Shown here: positions 55,401-64,000 of the stretch, piece after piece
Layout: each line of letters starts with the position of its first letter
How positions within the stretch are numbered: the first letter of the stretch is position 1
NCBI RefSeq assembly: GCF_009914755.1
Contig: NC_060939.1
Source of the DNA: the human T2T-CHM13v2.0 reference genome, Homo sapiens
Length of the DNA stretch: 64,000 nucleotides
Strand: one strand, 5' to 3'
Program-made: the position numbers and the translations under genes
The notes under the pieces: model-generated
Databases searched by the model: none
What the model was told of the DNA's origin: nothing
Seen by the model: the letters and a program-made list of their open reading frames with translations, nothing else

Positions 55401-58400
55401 CATTCCACTCCATTCCATATTATTCCATTACACTCCATTCCATTCTATTACTTTCATTTCCATTCAATTCCATTCCATTTGATTCCATTCCACTCGGTTT
55501 CATTCCATTTGAGTCCACTCCATTCCATTCCATTCCATTCAGTTCCATTCCATTCTGTTCCATTCCATTCCGTTCCATTACATTCCATTCCATTCGATAC
55601 CATTCCATATTGTTCCATTCGATTCCATTCGAATCCATTCCATTCCAGTCCATTCCATTCGATTCCATTCCATTCATTTCAATTCCATTCCATTCCATTC
55701 CATTACATTCCACTTGATTCCTCTCCATTCCCTTCCACTGCATTCCGTTCGATTCCATTCCATTGCATTGCATTCCATTCCATTGGATTGCATTCCATTC
55801 GATTCCATTCCATTCGAATCAATTACATAGCAATCCATTACATTCGAGTCTATTCTATTCCGTTCCATTCGATTTCGTTCCAATCCATTCGATTCCATTC
55901 CATTCGATTCCATTCCATACTATTGCATTCCATTCGATTACATTATATTCGAATAAGTTCCATTCAAGACCATTTCTTTTGAGTCCATTCTATTTGAGTC
56001 CATTCCCTTTGATTCCATAACATTTGAGTCCATTCAATTCCATTCCTTTCGTTTCCATTCCATTTGATGCCATTCCATTCAATTCTGTTCTACTCGACTC
56101 CAATACATTCAATTCCATTCCATCCGATTCCATTACATTCTTTTCATTTCTTATCCATTTCAAGCCATTCCACTCCATTCCATTCCACTCGTTTCCTTTC
56201 CATTCGAGTCCATTCCTCTCCAGTCCATTCCGTTCAATCCATTCCATTCCAGTCCATTCCATTCGAGTCCGTTCCATTCCAGTCCATTCCATTCGAGTCA
56301 ATTCCATTCCATTCGATGTCTTTCCATAACGATCCATTCCATTCTATTCCTTTCGATTCCATTCCATTCTATTTCATTCCATTCGATTCCCTTCCATTGG
56401 ACTCCTTTCCATTCGAGTGCATTCCATTCCGTTCCATTTCTTTCCGTTCTGTACGATTCCTACCGTTCGATTTCATTTTGTTCCAGTCCATTCCTTTCGC
56501 GTCCATTCCATTCCATTTCACTCCATTCGATTCCATTCCACTCGATTCCACTTCGTTCCATTTCATTGCATTCCATTCTATTCAACTCTATTGCCTTCCA
56601 TTCCATTCCATTCGATTACATTCCATGCGATTCCATTCGAAATCGAATCAATTACATTGCAATCCATTACTATTGAGTCCGTTTTATTCCAGTCCACTGC
56701 ATTCTGGTCCATTCCATTTGATTCCATTCCATTCTATTCCATTCCATACAGTTGCATTCCATTGGATTCCATGCTATATCTATAAATTCAATTCGAGACC
56801 ATTGCTTTTGAGTCCATTCTATATGATTCCATTCCATTCAAATCCATTACATTTGGTTCAATTCCATTCCATTCCATTCCCTTCCATTCCATTCCATTTG
56901 ATATCAATCCATTCGATTCCATTCCATTCGAGCACATTCCATTCGAGTCCATTCCATTCGATGCCATTCCATTTGATTCTATTCCATTAGTCTCCATTCA
57001 ATTCCATTAATCTCCATTCCATTCCATTCTACTCCAACTGATTCCATTCCATTCTATTCCTTTCCATTCCATTTCATTCCATTCCATTCCATTTCATTCC
57101 ATTCCATTCCATTCGTGTCCATTCCACTCCAGTCCATTCCATTCGTGTCCATTCCATTCCAGTCCATTCCATTTGTGTCCACTGCATTCCATTCCACTCC
57201 ATTCCATATTATTCCTTTACACTCCATTCCATTCTATCACTTTCATTTCCATTCAATTCCATTCCATTTGATTCCATTCCACTCGGTTTCATTCCATTTG
57301 AGTCCACTCCATTCCATTCCATTGCATTCCATTCAGTTCCATTCCATTCCGTTCCATTACATTCCATTCCATTCGGTACCATTCCATATTGTTCCATTCG
57401 ATTCCATTCGAATCCATTCCATTCCAGTCCATTCCATTCGATTCCATTCCATTCATTTCAATTCCATTCCATTCCATTCCATTACATTCCACTTGATTCC
57501 TCTCCATTCCCTTCCACTGCATTCCGTTCGATTCCATTCCATTGCATTGCATTCCATTCCATTGGATTGCATTCCATTCGATTCCATTCCATTCGAATCA
57601 ATTACATAGCAATCCATTACATTCGAGTCTATTCTCTTCCGTTCCATTCGATTTCGTTCCAATCCATTCGATTCCATTCCATTCGATTCCATTCCATACT
57701 ATTGCATTCCATTCGATTACATTATATTCGAATAAGTTCCATTCAAGACCATTTCTTTTGAGTCCATTCTATTTGAGTCCATTCCCTTTGATTCCATAAC
57801 ATTTGAGTCCATTCAATTCCATTCCTTTCGTTTCCATTCCATTTGATGCCATTCCATTCAATTCTGTTCTACTCGACTCCAATACACTCAATTCCATTCC
57901 ATCCGATTCCATTACATTCTTTTCATTTCTTATCCATTTCAAGCCATTCCACTCCATTCCATTCCACTCGTTTCCTTTCCATTCGAGTCCATTCCTCTCC
58001 AGTCCATTCCGTTCAATCCATTCCATTCCAGTCCATTCCATTCGAGTCCGTTCCATTCCAGTCCATTCCATTCGAGTCAATTCCATCCCATTCGATGTCT
58101 TTCCATAACGATCCATTCCATTCTATTCCTTTCGATTCCATTCCATTCTATTTCATTCCATTCGATTCCCTTCCATTGGACTCCTTTCCATTCGAGTGCA
58201 TTCCATTCCTTTCCATTTCTTTCCGTTCTGTACGATTCCTACCGTTCGATTTCATTTTGTTCCAGTCCATTCCTTTCGCGTCCATTCCATTCCATTTCAC
58301 TCCATTCGATTCCATTCCACTCGATTCCACTTCGTTCCATTTCATTGCATTCCATTCTATTCAACTCTATTGCCTTCCATTCCATTCCATTCGATTACAT

Positions 58401-61400
58401 TCCATGCGATTCCATTCGAAATCGAATCAATTACATTGCAATCCATTACTATTGAGTCCGTTTTATTCCAGTCCACTGCATTCTGGTCCATTCCATTTGA
58501 TTCCATTCCATTCTATTCCATTCCATACAGTTGCATTCCATTGGATTCCATGCTATATCTATAAATTCAATTCGAGACCATTGCTTTTGAGTCCATTCTA
58601 TATGATTCCATTCCATTCAAGTCCATTACATTTGGTTCAATTCCATTCCATTCCATTCCCTTCCATTCCATTCCATTTGATATCAATCCATTCGATTCCA
58701 TTCCATTCGAGCACATTCCATTCGAGTCCATTCCATTCGATGCCATTCCATTTGATTCTATTCCATTAGTCTCCATTCAATTCCATTAATCTCCATTCCA
58801 TTCCATTCTACTCCAACTGATTCCATTCCATTCTATTCCTTTCCATTCCATTTCATTCCATTCCATTCCATTTCATTCCATTCCATTCCATTCGTGTCCA
58901 TTCCACTCCAGTCCATTCCATTCGTGTCCATTCCATTCCAGTCCATTCCATTTGTGTCCACTGCATTCCATTCCACTCCATTCCATATTATTCCATTACA
59001 CTCCATTCCATTCTATTACTTTCATTTCCATTCAATTCCATTCCATTTGATTCCATTCCACTCGGTTTCATTCCATTTGAGTCCACTCCATTCCATTCCA
59101 TTCCATTCCATTCAGTTCCATTCCATTCTGTTCCATTCCATTCCCTTCCATTACATTCCATTCCATTCGGTACCATTCCATATTGTTCCATTCGATTCCA
59201 TTCGAATCCATTCCATTCCAGTCCATTCCATTCGATTCCATTCCATTCATTTCAATTCCATTCCATTCCATTCCATTACATTCCACTTGATTCCTCTCCA
59301 TTCCCTTCCACTGCATTCCGTTCGATTCCATTCCATTGCATTGCATTCCATTCCATTGGATTGCATTCCATTCGATTCCATTCCATTCGAATCAATTACA
59401 TAGCAATCCATTACATTCGAGTCTATTCTCTTCCGTTCCATTCGATTTCGTTCCAATCCATTCGATTCCATTCCATTCGATTCCATTCCATGCTATTGCA
59501 TTCCATTCTATTACATTATATTCGAATAAGTTCCATTCAAGACCATTTCTTTTGAGTCCATTCTATTTGAGTCCATTCCCTTTGATTCCATAACATTTGA
59601 GTCCATTCAATTCCATTCCTTTCGTTTCCATTCCATTTGATGCCATTCCATTCAATTCTGTTCTACTCGACTCCAATACATTCAATTCCATTCCATCCGA
59701 TTCCATTACATTCTTTTCATTTCTTATCCATTTCAAGCCATTCCACTCCATTCCATTCCACTCGTTTCCTTTCCATTCGAGTCCATTCCTCTCCAGTCCA
59801 TTCCGTTCAATCCATTCCATTCCAGTCCATTCCATTCGAGTCCGTTCCATTCCAGTCCATTCCATTCGAGTCAATTCCATTCCATTCGATGTCTTTCCAT
59901 AACGATCCATTCCATTCTATTCCTTTCGATTCCATTCCATTCTATTTCATTCCATTCGATTCCCTTCCATTGGACTCCTTTCCATTCGAGTGCATTCCAT
60001 TCCGTTCCATTTCTTTCCGTTCTGTACGATTCCTACCGTTCGATTTCATTTTGTTCCAGTCCATTCCTTTCGCGTCCATTCCATTCCATTTCACTCCATT
60101 CGATTCCATTCCACTCGATTCCACTTCGTTCCATTTCATTGCATTCCATTCTATTCAACTCTATTGCCTTCCATTCCATTCCATTCGATTACATTCCATG
60201 CGATTCCATTCGAAATCGAATCAATTACATTGCAATCCATTACTATTGAGTCCGTTTTATTCCAGTCCACTGCATTCTGGTCCATTCCATTTGATTCCAT
60301 TCCATTCTATTCCATTCCACACAGTTGCATTCCATTGGATTCCATGCTATATCTATAAATTCAATTCGAGACCATTGCTTTTGAGTCCATTCTATATGAT
60401 TCCATTCCATTCAAGTCCATTACATTTGGTTCAATTCCATTCCATTCCATTCCCTTCCATTCCATTCCATTTGATATCAATCCATTCGATTCCATTCCAT
60501 TCGAGCACATTCCATTCGAGTCCATTCCATTCGATGCCATTCCATTTGATTCTATTCCATTAGTCTCCATTCAATTCCATTAATCTCCATTCCATTCCAT
60601 TCTATTCCAACTGATTCCATTCCATTCTATTCCTTTCCATTCCATTTCATTCCATTCCATTCCATTTCATTCCATTCCATTCCATTCGTGTCCATTCCAC
60701 TCCAGTCCATTCCATTCGTGTCCATTCCATTCCAGTCCATTCCATTTGTGTCCACTGCATTCCATTCCACTCCATTCCATATTATTCCATTACACTCCAT
60801 TCCATTCTATTACTTTCATTTCCATTCAATTCCATTCCATTTGATTCCATTCCACTCGGTTTCATTCCATTTGAGTCCACTCCATTCCATTCCATTCCAT
60901 TCAGTTCCATTCCATTCTGTTCCATTCCATTCCGTTCCATTATATTCCATTCCATTCGGTACCATTCCATATTGTTCCATTCGATTCCATTCGAATCCAT
61001 TCCATTCCAGTCCATTCCATTCGATTCCATTCCATTCATTTCAATTCCATTCCATTCCATTCCATTACATTCCACTTGATTCCTCTCCATTCCCTTCCAC
61101 TGCATTCCGTTCGATTCCATTCCATTGCATTGCATTCCATTCCATTGGATTGCATTCCATTCGATTCCATTCCATTCGAATCAATTACATAGCAATCCAT
61201 TACATTCGAGTCTATTCTATTCCGTTCCATTCGATTTCGTTCCAATCCATTCGATTCCATTCCATTCGATTCCATTCCATACTATTGCATTCCATTCGAT
61301 TACATTATATTCGAATAAGTTCCATTCAAGACCATTTCTTTTGAGTCCATTCTATTTGAGTCCATTCCCTTTGATTCCATAACATTTGAGTCCATTCAAT

Positions 61401-62480
61401 TCCATTCCTTTCGTTTCCATTCCATTTGATGCCATTCCATTCAATTCTGTTCTACTCGACTCCAATACATTCAATTCCATTCCATCCGATTCCATTACAT
61501 TCTTTTCATTTCTTATCCATTTCAAGCCATTCCACTCCATTCCATTCCACTCGTTTCCTTTCCATTCGAGTCCATTCCTCTCCAGTCCATTCCGTTCAAT
61601 CCATTCCATTCCAGTCCATTCCATTCGAGTCCGTTCCATTCCAGTCCATTCCATTCGAGTCAATTCCATTCCATTCGATGTCTTTCCATAACGATCCATT
61701 CCATTCTATTCCTTTCGATTCCATTCCATTCTATTTCATTCCATTCGATTCCCTTCCATTGGACTCCTTTCCATTCGAGTGCATTCCATTCCGTTCCATT
61801 TATTTCCGTTCTGTACGATTCCTACCGTTCGATTTCATTTTGTTCCAGTCCATTCCTTTCGCGTCCATTCCATTCCATTTCACTCCATTCGATTCCATTC
61901 CACTCGATTCCACTTCGTTCCATTTCATTGCATTCCATTCTATTCAACTCTATTGCCTTCCATTCCATTCCATTCGATTACATTCCATGCGATTCCATTC
62001 GAAATCGAATCAATTACATTGCAATCCATTACTATTGAGTCCGTTTTATTCCAGTCCACTGCATTCTGGTCCATTCCATTTGATTCCATTCCATTCTATT
62101 CCATTCCATACAGTTGCATTCCATTGGATTCCATGCTATATCTATAAATTCAATTCGAGACCATTGCTTTTGAGTCCATTCTATATGATTCCATTCCATT
62201 CAAATCCATTACATTTGGTTCAATTCCATTCCATTCCATTCCCTTCCATTCCATTCCATTTGATATCAATCCATTCGATTCCATTCCATTCGAGCACATT
62301 CCATTCGAGTCCATTCCATTCGATGCCATTCCATTTGATTCTATTCCATTAGTCTCCATTCAATTCCATTAATCTCCATTCCATTCCATTCTACTCCAAC
62401 TGATTCCATTCCATTCTATTCCTTTCCATTCCATTTCATTCCATTCCATTCCATTTCATTCCATTCCATTCCATTCGTGT
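51750..62480 (+). repeat. Two copies of a 5362-bp trimeric HOR (1779+1794+1789)
   Basis: Matching variants at an exact 5362 offset: 15-bp deletion units 51753/57115, units 53532/58894 and 55326/60688, CCACAC at 54955/60317, TATTCCAAC at 55241/60603. Confidence 0.85.
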
Positions 62481-64000
62481 CCATTCCACTCCAGTCCATT
62501 CCATTCGTGTCCATTCCATTCCAGTCCATTCCATTTGTGTCCACTGCATTCCATTCCACTCCATTCCATATTATTCCTTTACACTCCATTCCATTCTATC
62601 ACTTTCATTTCCATTCAATTCCATTCCATTTGATTCCATTCCACTCGGTTTCATTCCATTTGAGTCCACTCCATTCCATTCCATTGCATTCCATTCAGTT
62701 CCATTCCATTCTGTTCCATTCCATTCCGTTCCATTACATTCCATTCCATTCGGTACCATTCCATATTGTTCCATTCGATTCCATTCGAATCCATTCCATT
62801 CCAGTCCATTCCATTCGATTCCATTCCATTCATTTCAATTCCATTCCATTCCATTCCATTACATTCCACTTGATTCCTCTCCATTCTCTTCCACTGCATT
62901 CCGTTCGATTCCATTCCATTGCATTGCATTCTATTCCATTGGATTGCATTCCATTCGATTCCATTCCATTCGAATCAATTACATAGCAATCCATTACATT
63001 CGAGTCTATTCTCTTCCGTTCCATTCGATTTCGTTCCAATCCATTCGATTCCATTCCATTCGATTCCATTCCATACTATTGCATTCCATTCGATTACATT
63101 ATATTCGAATAAGTTCCATTCAAGACCATTTCTTTTGAGTCCATTCTATTTGAGTCCATTCCCTTTGATTCCATAACATTTGAGTCCATTCAATTCCATT
63201 CCTTTCGTTTCCATTCCATTTGATGCCATTCCATTCAATTCTGTTCTACTCGACTCCAATACACTCAATTCCATTCCATCCGATTCCATTACATTCTTTT
63301 CATTTCTTATCCATTTCAAGCCATTCCACTCCATTCCATTCCACTCGTTTCCTTTCCATTCGAGTCCATTCCTCTCCAGTCCATTCCGTTCAATCCATTC
63401 CATTCCAGTCCATTCCATTCGAGTCCGTTCCATTCCAGTCCATTCCATTCGAGTCAATTCCATTCCATTCGATGTCTTTCCATAACGATCCATTCCATTC
63501 TATTCCTTTCGATTCCATTCCATTCTATTTCATTCCATTCGATTCCCTTCCATTGGACTCCTTTCCATTCGAGTGCATTCCATTCCTTTCCATTTCTTTC
63601 CGTTCTGTACGATTCCTACCGTTCGATTTCATTTTGTTCCAGTCCATTCCTTTCGCGTCCATTCCATTCCATTTCACTCCATTCGATTCCATTCCACTCG
63701 ATTCCACTTCGTTCCATTTCATTGCATTCCATTCTATTCAACTCTATTGCCTTCCATTCCATTCCATTCGATTACATTCCATGCGATTCCATTCGAAATC
63801 GAATCAATTACATTGCAATCCATTACTATTGAGTCCGTTTTATTCCAGTCCACTGCATTCTGGTCCATTCCATTTGATTCCATTCCATTCTATTCCATTC
63901 CATACAGTTGCATTCCATTGGATTCCATGCTATATCTATAAATTCAATTCGAGACCATTGCTTTTGAGTCCATTCTATATGATTCCATTCCATTCAAGTC

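Larger units (their letters stand above)
1..64000 (+). repeat. Human Satellite 3 (HSat3) tandem array, (CATTC)n on + / (GAATG)n on -; probably the 1.8-kb KpnI family D15Z1 (HSat3A5)
   Basis: CCATT pentamers dominate throughout, with variants CGATT, CAATT, TGATT, CGAGT and CTATT. The same landmarks recur every ~1.79 kb (landmark at 604, 2407, 4196, 5246 ... 61125, 62919), and there is one GGTACC per unit. HSat3 identity is essentially certain; the D15Z1/chr15 assignment is from established knowledge and is less certain. Confidence 0.97.
13000..64000 (+). repeat. Homogeneous array of full-length monomers, modal 1794 bp (range 1779-1814)
   Basis: Landmark spacings are mostly 1794 (e.g. 16305 to 30657 in eight steps of 1794), with 1779, 1784, 1789, 1799, 1804 and 1814 variants. 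All of these units carry GGATTCCATGCTATATC. Confidence 0.95.

Noticed and set aside
59-63941. Hundreds of ORFs up to 322 aa (SIPFH-rich on +, MEWNG-rich on -), including the recurrent 308-aa ORF
   Set aside because: They are direct translations of (CATTC)n/(GAATG)n, which lack stop codons. They overlap in all frames, have no recognisable domain, and are freely broken by stops and 5-bp frameshifts between copies.
1-64000. CRISPR-like or other repeat-spacer array
   Set aside because: There are no unique spacers and no cas-like genes; all sequence is homologous between monomers.
1-64000. HSat2 (chr1 ~1.8-kb unit) or DYZ1 (Yq ~3.6-kb unit) identity
   Set aside because: Long CCATT runs dominate and the CATTCGATGAT/ATGATG pattern typical of HSat2 is not seen. 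The basic period is 1.79 kb; the 3573-bp dimer is local and made of near-identical halves.
1-64000. Inversion, strand switch or transposable-element insertion
   Set aside because: No GGAAT-oriented segment, poly-A tail or non-satellite sequence was seen. Landmark spacings leave no room for an insertion larger than ~20 bp.

Overview
The whole 64 kb window is one uninterrupted, single-orientation human/primate Satellite 3 (HSat3) array. The + strand carries diverged (CATTC)n pentamers organised into a ~1.79-kb monomer (modal 1794 bp). I count about 37 copies of the monomer landmark, each with one KpnI site (GGTACC) except one mutated copy. A 1.8-kb KpnI-defined HSat3 unit matches the description of D15Z1 (HSat3A5, chr15 short arm); this assignment comes from prior knowledge, not an alignment. 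I see no credible genes, RNA genes, transposons, inversions or CRISPR arrays, and all ORFs are translations of the pentamer. I found no new protein- or RNA-based system. The interest lies in the array's layered architecture: an ancient internal duplication inside the monomer; a 4642-bp higher-order repeat (HOR) containing a 1050-bp unit made by a microhomology-flanked deletion; a sub-family boundary at ~10-14 kb; nested dimer, monomer and trimer duplications at 43-63 kb; long-range shared variant haplotypes; and length change quantised in 5-bp steps. Spacings were read by eye from recurring landmarks and the ORF track, not computed by alignment.
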